A DNA stretch of 64,000 nt from Mobula hypostoma (Eukaryota): contig NC_086108.1 of NCBI RefSeq assembly GCF_963921235.1, positions 14,074,001-14,138,000 on the forward strand. Direction: 5' to 3'. Under the pieces are notes generated by a model. It saw only the letters and a program-made list of their open reading frames with translations. It did no database searches and was not told where the DNA came from. This document shows positions 39,005 to 52,209 of this stretch, piece after piece (the stretch's first letter is position 1; the number at the start of each line of letters is the position of its first letter). Position numbers and translations under genes: made by a program.

Positions 39005-39540
39005 AGCAATCTGCAGATGCTAGAAATCTGAGCAACACGCACAATGCTGGAGGAACTCAGCAGGCCAGGCAGCATGTAGGAAAAGGGTACAGTCGACGTT
39101 TCGGGCCAAGACCCTTTGTGGCAGGACTGGAGAAATAAAGCTGAGGTGCAGATTAAAAGGTGAGGGGTGGTCACTGAGAGATCCTGCTTCTTCTGGCGGA
39201 CAGAGCATAGGTGCTTGGTGAAACGGTCTCCCAATCTACGTCGGGTCTCACTGATATACAGTAGGCCACACTGGGAGCACCAGGCACAGTATATGACCCC
39301 AACAGACTCACAGGTGAAGTGTTGCCTCACCTGGAAGGACTGATTGGAGCCCTAAATGGTAGTGAGGGAGGAAGTGTAGGGGCAGGTTGTAGCACTTGTT
39401 CTGCTTGCAAGGATAACTGCTAGTGGGGAGGAATGAATGGACAAGGGAGTTGCGTAGGGATGGATCCCTGCGGAAAGCAGAAAGGGCGGTGGGAGTGGGT
39501 GGGGAGGGAAAGATGTGCTTGGTGGTGGGATCCCTATGAC
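39005..39540 (-). mobile_element. Penelope-like element fragment (GIY-YIG)
   Basis: VIYCAWCSQCGLLYISETRRRLGDRFTKH; same family as 1395-2215. Hammerhead-like motif at 39090-39129. Confidence 0.85.
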
Positions 39541-39589
39541 TGTGGGTGCAGCCTGGACAGGAAGGACCTCCATGTGGTCACAGAGTGAT

Positions 39590-39870
39590 ACAGAATATAA
39601 AAAGGTCCTTTGCCCCATGAGTCTACACTGACCATTTATCGCCCATTTACTTCAATCCTGTATCAGTCCACGTTCTCCTCCACTCACCTACACTTTAAGG
39701 GAAATTTACTGTGGCTAATTAATCTTCCAATCCACACATCTTTGGGAGGAGGTAGGAAACAAGAAGAAATTCATACGGTCATAGGAAGAACTTGTAGCCT
39801 CGATACAAACAGCACTGAGGTCAGGATTGAGCCCAGACGTTTGCTGCTGTGAGGCAGCAGCTCTGTCAGT
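39590..39870 (-). mobile_element. V-SINE-like copy
   Basis: Reverse complement has a tRNA-like head (GCTGCCTCACAGC...GGCTCAATCCTGACCTC) and a V-domain. Confidence 0.6.
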
Positions 39871-39874
39871 GTCA

Positions 39875-41520
39875 CCTTGAAGGGGGAGTTTCCAGTGGAG
39901 TCACTCAGATTGTGAGTGACCAGCAGCCAAGTTTCTGGTCTGAATCTGATGAGCATTTCCATCCCAGCAGTGGGGGGGGGGTCCTTCTGGGATAAGATTG
40001 CCCCACGCCATTGAGCCCCTCAACACCCACTTTGGTGGGACCAGCAGAGGCTTTCCCATGGGCCATGATGGTATGTGGCTCACTCCCCTACCCACACCAA
40101 CCGCTTGACCGGTCACCCTGATAGACAGAGTCCTCTGCTGGTAAAAGAATAGAGACACCCTTACTCAAGGTGACCATGTCCCCGACTCTGAACATGTTCC
40201 AGTTAAAGATGGGCTACTCCCCTGGAGCAGCTGATCTCCACTGATGAGAGCTGCATGGCAACTTCAAGGCCATGCCCAGTCGGGGAAGGATACCAACAGA
40301 GGATACTTTATGGATGGGTCAAAAGTAGAGTCATGACCCAGGTACAGACGTACACCAATGACTGGCCGCTTTCCTCAGTCAGGACACCCTGAATAGTGGT
40401 GTTGACCTGATGCTCCCTCTTGCTCAGGTAGAAGTCCATGAGCGCAAAGTTACAGAAGCAGAACAGGGTGCATGGCAGTTAGTGTGGTGCTATTGCAGCT
40501 CGAGGCGTTGGAGTTCAGAGCTCAATCCTGGTGTCCTCTGTAGATCCTGCCCGTGAAATGCTTGCGGGTTTCCACAGGTCAGGGTTAAATCATGTTGGTT
40601 GGGGTTTGCTGGGTGGTGCAGCTTGAAGGGTGGAAGGGCCAATTCCGCAAGGTAACACTAAATAAAAATAAAACAAAGACAGGCCCTTCATCCCATTTTG
40701 TCTATGCTAACCAAATTGCCTACCTGAGGGGTAGATTACAGGCAATGTTTTCTCTTGGAGATAAACTAAAACCAGTGGACATAGATTTAGGGTAAGAGAT
40801 TTAGAGGGAATGTGAAGTTTACCCAGACAGTGCTGAGCACCTGCAACATCATCAGTAATGTTCAGACATGGCAGCTGAGGCAGGGACTCCAGTTGTAGGT
40901 TTGAGACGAGAAATACTGTGATCCCAAGCACAATACAAGTGAGTCATCTCCCTTTATAGTTGGTATCTGGTCCTTACTGCCTATGCTTGGAGGAGGAAGA
41001 TGAACACCTGTATGCTTTGCCAGTGTACGTCTCATGTGCAGCCAGGGCTCTGTTTACCCCACCTGGTGTGAGCAGAGCTCCTCAACTGTGTAAACAGGCA
41101 GAGGTGAGACCCTGTAACTTCACCAACCAGCTGCTGAAGGATGAGTGGCTTCCATTGACTCCAGATTGGCCAGAGGAAGAAGCAGGGATGCTTGTCTTCA
41201 AGACTATGGTGGATGTCAACAAGACTCGTACTTGTTTCTTCTGCGAGGAGCCAACTGAAGGGCAGGGCTCGGGGACAGCACGCCTTGAGAGGGAGGTGCA
41301 AGAGAAAACCTCTCCAGCTTTAAGAAACTACCATCTGGTTACCTTTTCCAGACAGTCAGTTTGCAAGTCGCATTTCTCCTGACCACAAGTAACTTCTTGG
41401 GTCTTTATGCTTACTTGGACTTGTAAGCTAGTCACAGTGAAGAAATCCTCAGGGCTGCACAACATCTGGCCAGCTGTATTCCATCTGTGTGGCGTGTACC
41501 TGTGTCATTCCTGTGAAGAT
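39875..41520 (-). mobile_element. Highly degenerate element, possibly Tx1/L1-like, with SINE and CR1 fragments inserted at about 40470-40820
   Basis: Only weak APE-like and zinc-knuckle-like remnants; no intact motif. Confidence 0.3.
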
Positions 41521-41589
41521 GGTGGGTTTGGCTATATGAAGGATGTGCAAATGAAGAGAGAAAACTGAGCCAATGTCACAGATGTATGG

Positions 41590-44570
41590 GTATTGAATTG
41601 ACTTTATTTCTTACATCCTTCACATACATAAGGAGCGAAAATCTTTACGTTACATCTCCATCTAAATGTGAAATCGTAGTAATTTATAATAAAGAGAACA
41701 GTCAATGTAATATTGAGTACACACAAATCAGCGTGAGTTTATCAGTCTAATGGCCTGGTGGAAGAAGCTGTCCCGGAACCTGTTGGTCCTGCCTTTTATG
41801 CTGCGGTACTATTTCCTGAATGGTAGCAGCTGGAATAGATTGTGGTTGGGGTGACTCGGGTCCCCAATGATCCTCGGGCCCTTTATAAGCACCTGTCCTT
41901 GTAAATGTCCTGAATAGTGGGAAGTTCACAACTACAGAGCGCAGGGCTGTCCACACCACTCTCTGCAGAGTCCTGCGATTAAGGGAGGTACAGTTCCCTT
42001 ACCAGGCAGTGATGCAGCCAGTCAGGATGCTCTCAATTGTGCCCCTGTAGAAAGTTCTTATGATCTGGGGGCCCATACCAAACTTCCTCAGCCGTTTGGT
42101 GTGTACAGACCACGTGATGTGGATGCCAAGGAACTTAAAGCTGTTCACCCTCTCAACCCCAGATCTATTGATGTCAATAGGGGTTAGCCTGTCTCCATTC
42201 CTCCTGTTTTCCACAACCAGCTCTTTTGTTTTTGTGACATTGAGGGAGAGGTTGTTTTCTTAACACCACTGTGTCAGAGAGATGACTTCTCTGTAGGCCA
42301 CTTTGTTATTGTTCGAGATAAGGCCAATCAATGTAGTGTCATCGGCAAATTTGATTGGCAGATTAGAGCTGTGGGAGGCGACACAGTCATGGATATACAG
42401 GGAGTAAAGGAGGGGACTTAGTACACAGCCCTGAGGAGCGCATGTGCTGAGAGTCGGAGGGGTGGAGATGAGGGAGCCCACTCTTACCACCTGCTGGTGA
42501 TCTGACAGGAAGTCCAGGATCCAGCTGCACAAGGCAGGGTCAAGGCCGAGGTCTCTGAGCTTCTTGTCGAGCTTGGATGGAACTACGGTGTTGAATGCTG
42601 AACTGCAGTCCAAGAACAGGATTCTCACATAAGCATCCTTCTCCAGATGTGTAAGGATGGTATGTAGAGCAATGGCTATTGCGTCGTCTGTCGATCGTTT
42701 GTGTCGATAGGCGAATTGTATTGGGTCCAGTTTGGGTGGTAGCAAGCTGCAGATGTGATCCGTGACCAGCCTTTCAAAGCATTTGCTTATTATTGAGGTG
42801 AGTGTGACAGGACGCCAGTCGTTTAGACATGTTACCTTGGTCTTTTTAGGTACAGGGACAATAGTGGATAATTTGAAGCAGGAGGGCACTCTACACTGGG
42901 AGAGGGAGAGATTAAAACTGTCAGTAAACACACCTGCCAGTTGTGCTGCACACATTCTGAGTACTCGTCCTAGGATGCTGTCTGTTCCCACAGCCTTGCG
43001 ACTGTCCACTCGTTGGAAACATCTGTGTACCTCAGATGACCAGGTTGCAGGTTGTGGCGATGAGCCTCCGAGGAAAGCCAGAGTTAGCAACATCGAACCA
43101 AGCATAAAGGTGATTGAGCTCATCTGGGAGAGAGGCCGCGATGTTGGTGGCACCACAACGTTTGGCTTTGAAGTCTGCGATGGGATGCAGCCCTCGCCAC
43201 AAGTCACGTGTGCTATTCATTGTGAATGTTGACTCAATCTTGTCCCTCTATTGTTGTTTCACAGCCTTGATAGCTTTGCGCAGATCATAGCTACTTTTCT
43301 TGAGCTCTGGATGATTGCTGGCAATGTAAACTCGATGTCGCGCTGTAAGTGCTGCTCGCACAGAACTATTGACCCAGGGTTTCTGGTTCAGGAAGACCCT
43401 GACCAACTTCTGGGGGACTACATTATTGATGCACTTTGGGACAAAGCATGTAACTCCATCAGTGAACTTGGAGACATCCTCATCATGGAAGACATTCCAG
43501 TTGACGTCATTGAAGCAGTCCTGCAGCATGGAGGCCAACTGGTCGGACCAACAGCGAACAGTTTTAACTATGGCCACCTACTGTTTAAGCTTCTGCTTGT
43601 ACGTTGGCAGAAGCAGGATTGAAGAGTGATCTGATTTTCCAAAAGCTGGGCGAAGGAGAGCTTTGTAAGCATTGCAGAAGGGAGTGTAACAGTGGTCAAG
43701 TATCTTAGCTCCACCAGTGCTCATTTGGATGTGCTGACAAAACTTCGGAGAGATTTTCGTCAGCAATGCTCAATTAAAGTCACTGGAGAAGATGAAGGCA
43801 GCCTCTGGGTGTGCAGTCTCCAGCGTGTTGATGGTCTCGTACAGTTCCTTGAGAGCCAGGTCAGTATCAGCCTATGGCGGAATGTATACCACCGTGATGA
43901 TAACAGCCGTGAACTTCCTTGGCAGCCAGTAGGGTCTGCACAGCAGCACCAGGTATTCCAGGTCTGGGGAACAAAAGGAATTGAGTGCATACATATTCTG
44001 GGGGTCGTGCCAAGCATTGTTGACCATGAAGCGTACTCGTCCTTCTTTACTTTTCCCAGTGAGGCTTTTCAACCTGTCTGCCCGGAACAGGGAGAACCCA
44101 AAGGGCTCGATAGCGTGGTCCGGTATCTCCTCCATCAGCCAGGCCTCCACGAAGCACGAAACGTTGCATTCCTTCGTATCCCGCTGATAGGAAATTCTGG
44201 CTCCCAGTTCACAAAGCTTGTTATCCAAGGACTGAACGTTAGCCAGTAGTATGTTAGGGAGCAGCGGCCAATTTTCACCCTGTCTCAGCCTCAGCAGGAC
44301 GCTGGCCCTTCTCCCTCGCCTCTGTGGTGCTTCTTCCGAGGTAGTGTCATAAGAGATGAGTCTCCCATGGATCATGCAAGCAGAGGTTCCCCGTGTAGGA
44401 AAGGCGGCACATAGTGGGTAAATGCCATCTTTCCAATGTTCAGAAGGGCTAGTCTATCATATCTGATGTGACTATCAGCTACTTGAACAGAAAATTCTAA
44501 GAAAATCGTAGAAATTAGTAGATTTGGAACGGAGCTCGCAACACAGCCGCTAGACACGGCACCATCTTGA
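41590..44570 (-). mobile_element. Rex1/Babar-like LINE spanning 5' end to tail, disrupted
   Basis: 5' AAGATGGTGCC. RRGRR...[48 protein letters not shown] motifs. Confidence 0.93.
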
Positions 44571-45709
44571 TCTTGGTAGTTCAGATGTGAACAAAAAAAG
44601 CAAGATACGTGATGTTGTAGAGTTTGAAAATATCCAGAAAACTACAATGTTCTCCATTGGTGGCATTCCTCAAGCTTTATTGGCCATTGGTATAAAAGTG
44701 TAGGAGGCTACAAATAGATTGGTCAAAATGCGAATGGGAAAGAGAATTAAATAAAGTACACAAAGTTAGAAACCCTGGCGAATCACTGCCTCACTAGAAG
44801 ATTACTTTGGTTTCAGGATGGTGAGAGGGGAAGAAGTAATGGGACAGGAGCTACATTTCCTGAGGCTGCATGGCCAATTGAAGGGGAAGTGGTAGGTAGC
44901 AGTGAAAAACTAGGCCAGCGAGTCTTGAACAGAATGACCCCTTTGAGAATAGGCAGGAAGATGTGTATGGTGGTGGATCTTATTGAAGGTGGTGGAAATT
45001 TTAAAGAAGGGTCTGTTGAATGCAAAGGCTGGGTGGATAGTGAGACCCTGATGAAGTCTATCCTCCTGTATCAGGAAGAGATGGATGAGAAGAGAGATGC
45101 AGTTAATAGAGGAGATCTGATCAAGGGTTTATTGTCTTGCAGTCAAGTTATTGTCAAATATATGCATAGATGAAATGAAAAACCTGCAATTATACACAAT
45201 TTTTACAAGAAAGAACATAATTAGAACAAATGAAAAGCAGGTACCTCATGAAAGTCATTATGGTGTTACAATGCTGAGGTAGTGATTAGGTTCTTCAACC
45301 CAACTAGCTCTTGGCACTTAGGAGGTCTGTCTCTATCCCTATCCTTTCCTTTGTCCAGTTCTCTCAGATCCTGAGGTAGGCCTGAAGTAAGCTTGGAGCT
45401 TGGGCCTCTCCTCAGTTTCCAGGCAACACGCCTCAAGATATCTAGTCATCCTCCATGGCTTTCATCTGAATAGTCCCTTCACCTACTTACCAGTCTCTGT
45501 CCCCTGCTGACAACACCACCACAGGACAGAGGGGAATGGCAGCAAAACAATCTTTGGGCTGCTAAATTGGAATTTGCCACTCAGAGGTTAGAACATCTGT
45601 GAATATACCGTGCCTCTTGTAGGATGGACCTGCACTTCATTTGGGGTCCAGAAGGGGACCTGGAATTTGGGACTGAATTGTCCCCATGTCCACCACCTTT
45701 TGCCAATAT

Positions 45710-46420
45710 GAAGAGTCATACAGCATGGAAAAGGCCCTTCAGCCCAACTGGCCTATACTATCCAAGGTTCCCACCTAAACTGGTCCCATTTGTCCCCATT
45801 TGGCCATATCCCTCTAAACCTTTCCTATCCATGTACTTATCCAAGTGCCCTTAAATGTTGTTAATGCACCTGACTCAACAACTTCCTTTGGCAGCTGATA
45901 TTATATTCTGACCACCTCTAGGTGAAAAGATTCCGATTTGATCTCTCCTCTCTCACCTTCAAAACTGATGTCCTTTAGTTCTTGATTCCTCAACTCTGGG
46001 GAAAAGACCAAAATGACCTTGCCTATGCCACTCATGGTTTTATCTATCTCTATAAAATCATCCATCTGTCTCCTTCACACCAAGGAATAAAATCCCAACC
46101 TGCTCAAGCCCTCTCCATATATCAGTCCCTTAAGTCCTGGCAACAGTTTTGTAAATCTGTTCTGCATTCTTGCCAGTCTGGTGACATCTTGGCTGTCTCT
46201 GAAACCGAATACAATATTCCAAGTGCAGCCTCACCAACTCCATGTACAACGACAACATAACATCTTAACTTCTATATGCTGAGTTCTAACTGATGGAGGC
46301 CAGCAAGCCAAAATCCACCTTCACCACCCTGTCTATCTATAACACCATTTTCCGGGTCCTATACGCTTGCAATCCCAGATCCTCCAGTTCTACAACACTC
46401 TCCATGATCCTACAGTTCAC
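45710..46420 (-). mobile_element. CR1 3' fragment
   Basis: CR1 3' UTR and ORF2 end on the minus strand. Confidence 0.7.
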
Positions 46421-49400
46421 TGCGATGAGTTGGCAGTGGAAAGAGAAAATGTATTTGAGGTATTCTACCAGACCAGGAAGAATTAGGGTGATCCCTGGCT
46501 TCCCCACCACCACACCAGCCCCTTTGGTTGGTTCAGGTGGGAAAGGTGAAGCTTTCCAGGAATGAAGGGCAGGAATATTGTGCGGTGCTCTCCAGTGGGT
46601 TCCACTCTCAGTGAGCCTATTCTGAAGGCCAGAGATGCAGCCTAATTAGACTTCAGGAAAATACATTCTTCCTGTACAATAGCCTGAAAACCCAATGGCC
46701 TCTGCCTTCACACAGGTCTCCATACCCATGATGGGATGGATCGATCTTTGATATTAGAAAAGGTGACAGACAGGACCACAGATGCACCATTACAGTCACA
46801 AAGCTGTAGGAGCACGTGAAGTGGACACAGATCTACATGCTACACCAACCTCCAGTAGAACCAGCAGCAAAAATACACAGTAAAGGGTTAAGGAGATGAA
46901 TTGCCAAGGAGGATGACAATGTTATTATGGTAGACCTTCAGTTGGAGGAGGATTCTGATCCCTTGAAATTCCCTCTGTTTACTACACTTCAAGGTAGAAC
47001 ACAGAACAGTACAGCACAGTATAGGTCCTTCAGTCCACTACATTTATGCCAATTTAAACTAGCCCCATCTGCCCTCCATCCCCTACCTGTTCATGTGTCT
47101 TATCTAAATGCTTTGTAAACATTGCTATAGGGAGAAGATCATGACCATTCCCCTTATTTATACCCCTAAACTATGACTTTGACTTTATTTAACTCAGACT
47201 CCTGAGCTCCAGTGAGAATTTTCCATTCTATCCAATCTTTCCTTGAACCAAATGACTCAATTCCAGGCAGCATCTCTTCTGCACTCTTTCTAGCACTACT
47301 GGATTCTTCCTTGCTTTCCATGACATCCTGAGATAGATTTCATCAGCTCCTGGGGATTTCCACACCTTGGTGTATGTCATTTTTCCTAACCTTCCTCTTT
47401 CCTGATACAAATTCCGGACTATCAGCTAAAGTAGGACATACTGTATACAGTAAATAGGGTGTCAGAGAACAGTGCATGGAGGCACCTTGGTATTCAAGTC
47501 CATACTTCTCTAAAATTGGCAACATAGGTGGATTTGGTGGTGAAGAAGGCACATGGCATAGTCCAGTACAGAGAATCGAAGATTTGGTACATGAAGCACC
47601 GGGTCAATGCTTTTTTGATATCATGTACAGTTCTGGTCACACTGTAGGAAGGGTGTGGTTGTGGTGGAGAAGGTGCAGAGGAGATTCACCAGGATTGGAC
47701 CAGAGAGAAATTTATAAAATTATCAGAGGCGTAGGGTAGACAGTTAGGGACATTTTTTTCCAGGGTGGCGGTGACCTAAGACAAAAGGGCATAGGTGAGA
47801 GGAAGGAGATTTAGAGAATCTGAAGCGTAATATTTTCACATAGTGTTGGAATCCGCCTGAGGTGGGGGTGGACATTCTCCCAACATTTAAGAGGCATCTA
47901 CTGTAGATCCATATTTGAATTACTAAGGCATAGAAGGCTGTGAACCTAATGAGGGTAAAGAGCAATTGTATTAATGCATATACTGGTCGGTGTGGATATC
48001 TTGAGTAATTCTCTGCTGTACAGCACTGACTCCATGAGCATGCTTACAAAAATTATTTCCTCTATGCCTTTTCCTAGACCTATGTTATCTCATAATCATT
48101 TCTGTCACGGAGAAAAGTTTGCTTTTATCTACCCTCTCTGTGCACCCCATTATTTTGTCTACCTCAATCAGATCCCCTCTGAGCTCCCTACCCACCTTGG
48201 GACTGCTGGATGGAATGCAGCAGTTTCCATGCCTATCACATGATTTCTGCAACAGTATGGAGTGATCTATCGCTTAAATTGCAGTAGTTCGCACTTCCAG
48301 GCCTTGGATGTTTTGCCAGCATCTAGCCAAAACAAGAGGTGTACATGCCCATGAGAGAGGCAGATATTAGGGTGTACAGAAGCCGTTAAATAATGAGGTG
48401 AACCACATGGTTAAATGATCTGCTTCCATACTGCAAACTTGATGTCATTCAGTGCAGCCCAAATGCAGACCACTGGAACAGTTGAAATGGCAACAAAAGT
48501 AAGTGCATAACTTTAAATGCAGTAGGTCCTTTTCTCAGAACCCAGCCAATGTCCACCACAGAGGGTGAACCTGTTGACATGTCTTCACACTGTACCTGCC
48601 CGGTGAGTGTTGAACAAGTATTTCAGCCAATATCCACTCTGCAATATAACTGCACTAGGGATGTTTTCTGATTGAATATTGACATTGTTGTGTCTGTCCT
48701 GGGCAGTGGAGATGGAGATCTACTCTTTCTCTACTGCATGCAGCGCTTGCCCTGGGAATTATTGATGGGATAGTGCAAGTGAGTGGTTCTATATTTGCCC
48801 TGTGTTGGCTCTGCCCTGGAAGGTTAAATGGAGCAATGGGATAAGAATTCCACTGACAGTCTGCTTGAACTATCTTCTCATGAATGATGGACGGTCAGTA
48901 TTGGCCGCCACATGTTAAACTTAGTGAGCTTTCTTTGCTGCCCTGGGTCAGTACTGATTATTTAGCTTTTTTGTCAATGTTTTCCAATGTTACAACATTA
49001 CCTTTCAAAAGTAGCTGCAGAACATAGTGATGAGGAATAGACACCTGAATTTGGCCCCATGATTTCCAATGTCTTCCATCTCTGGCGTCCAGTTCATCTC
49101 AGCTGTATGTCATCTTTGGAATACTGAAAGAAACAGATTTCTCTAATTCATTGTCAGCTTCATCTTTAGGGCCTAATTTTAAGGTGAGGAGTAAGGGGTT
49201 TGGGGTGGTGGGGAGGGGAGATTAGTCTGAGGAAGAACAATTTTTACCTGGAAGATGATTGCAATCTGGCATGCAGTGTGTCTGAGGCAGGTATGGATGC
49301 AGGTAATAGGTTAAGATTTAAGAAACAACTGGAAAACACTTTATCCCCAGGCCATAGTAGACAGCGGAACAAGTGCAGATGAATAGTAAACACAAAATAC

Positions 49401-52209
49401 TCTGCAGATGCTGGGATCAAAGCAACACTCACAACACGCTGGAGGAACGCAGCATGTTGTGTGTTGCAGATAAATAGTTAGTTACTTGATGGTTATCTTT
49501 TTAAAATTTTTTTTTTCGGCAGGATTATTGGGATCAAAGAACAATGTGTCGGAGAAAATCAGGAGGTCAGGATCAGTGGAGTGAAGCTCCTGGGATATCG
49601 TGGACATTCTTGTTGCCCAGTTCCTGTGTTGTAATAGTCTGCATTTGGGCTGACTACATCTGATTTGTAGCAGAGAAACAGACACTTTAACCCACCAGAT
49701 CCATGCCAGCATTTGTGCTGCTCCTCATCATTTAACCCCTTTCAATACATCTGAATATTCCTCTTTCCCGTACATTTAAACAACACTTGTTTAAGGATGG
49801 AATACACTGAATTCGTCAGGTTCTGTTCTATGCTTTATTTTCCTCCAAGTGAGCCCCTGAATTTCTATGCTTTTGGTGTACTCAGCTGCAGAGAGTACAA
49901 ATTGAATCTGTTTTTCTCACTTGCTCCATTTGCATTAATTTAGTTCAATAATGAATTTTCATATTTATGAGTAGATGTTTATTTAAAGAAAAATATCATA
50001 TTTTAATTGTGCCCAGGCTGCAAGGTAAAAGCACATTCCTATAAACACTCTCATTAACATCAAAATGTGTTCTGTTCTGATGACTCTGTGATTGCCCCCA
50101 GCTGAACGCATTATCAAATTGGGTTAGGGGTGGGCAAGTCAGCCAGGGAACCTGTTCTTGATCAAAGTCTTGTGCTGGAGAGTGCACATGATGCTGTGCA
50201 TGGAGAGGGCTGGTGTAGCTGATATGCTTTACTGCAGACCTTTACTTCTGTCTGTAGACCTTAGTTGAATGACCTAGAAATTCCAAAGTGCATACAAATG
50301 TATGCAAATCTGTTGCTGTAAAGGGACATGGGCCAGTTGTTGGTGTGGTCAGATGGAATTGGATGTGTTACATTGGAAGATGTAAATGTTGTGATGCCTT
50401 GGCTTTAACTACCCAAATGACCATGTGTTATTTTACTCATCATCTGAATATAAAGGCACAAATTACAGCAGAGGTGCTGTTGTAATTGAGAGAATGTTAA
50501 TGATGTACTTCAGCAAACCTTAGTGAGAAAGGGGCTTTCCTTCATCCCTTTCTCAACCTAATTCTATAGAATGTATCTTGCTCTTGGTCTTTTCTCCTTA
50601 TTGATCTATCTTAGCCAACCTCCATTTTGTCGCCTGTCCTACATCTCACCCCTTTCTCCCAGCTCTACTTTTCAAAATGTAAATTCCCCAGTTCTGTGGA
50701 AGTGTTGACCAATGACCCATAATGTTGACCAATGTTTCTTTCCACAGATGTTGCTTGACTGGCTGAGTTTTTCCAGCATTTTTATTCTTAGAAATATTTT
50801 TTTATTTAGTAAGCTTTATCCGGTGTGGTTGGATGGGTGACACTAGTTTTAAATAACTTGTTGAAAGATATCTTAGCAACACACACAAAATGCTGCAGGA
50901 ACTCAGCAAGCCAGGAAACATCTATGGAAAAGAGTAAACAGTTGATGCTTTGGGCTGAGACCCTTTATCAGGACTTTTGTTTGTATTGCTTGGTCTTCAA
51001 GCATCTGCAGAGTTTTCTCTTGTTTGTGATTGGAAGGTATCTTACTACGTTCTAGTCTCACCTACTTTGGTAGAACTAATGTTCTCTATTTTTAACCAGA
51101 TAGGTGAAACTTCTTCAGTATTATTTCATCCACGTTGGTGTGATGGATATCACCAAGTGTTATATAATGTTTTGAGTCTAATTTTAATTTTACCCACCTT
51201 GGTGGGACAGAACTTATCTATCTTTATTTAGTTTGTAAAACTGATCTTACTAAATTTTGTCTGGTTTATTGGACAGTCATTTAATCATTTGTTGTCCTGT
51301 TGAATGGATCTGCTTGTTTTATTCCTTTATTGTAAATTATTTTACAAGATTCTCTTGTCAGAGATGCAGCCTGACCTGCCCCCCACATGCCAACTCTACT
51401 GTTTCAAACGAGGGTTGGAAGTTTATGACAAACTGTTTGCAGTCTCCATTTCCAACTTGCTCAGCAGTCTGGGGAGCATTCCATCTACAGCAGTTGATTT
51501 GCTCACCTTAAGAGTTGCCTTTCCAACATCACCTCTAATTCATTATCTCCGTCCACGAGACCTTTGCAGAATCTTCCTTGATGAAGACTGTTTAAAAAGT
51601 ACTCAGTTGGCATTCCAATACTGCTCACTATTTCAATTCAAGTCTTTTGGAATCTCTGCTGTTCTCATGCCACAGAGGTTTCCTATATATCTTACTAGTT
51701 ACAATAGACAGATTCTCCCATAGTTGTTATTGTCTTCTGTCATTGTCATCTCTCCTTTCAGATGACAATTAGTTTTGTCTCACTTGAATTATCATCTGAC
51801 ATGTGCCACACACCATTTTTTATGTCATTTCTATGTCCTTTGTCATCCACAAATTGTGGCTTGCTTCCCCTTTAGGCATGTACCCAGTCTGTACCTGTTA
51901 AGTCACCAGTAGAAATAGCACTGTGGCTCCATTTTACCCACACCGGATCTTCGTGAGTCACAGAGCACTACAGCACAGAATCAGACCCTTTGACACATCT
52001 AGTCCATGCTGACCCAGTTTTCCACTTCGTCCTATCCGCACTCAGACCATAGCCTCCCATACCTCTGTCAAGCAAGAGTCTCTTGGGTAGGCACAACAAT
52101 GTACAAAGAACGAAGAGATGTGGACCATGACCAGGTGATTGAGTATCATTAACTCAAATAGTTTCACACCAATATCATGGGCCAAAAGACTTTTCCTGTG
52201 CTGCATTAT

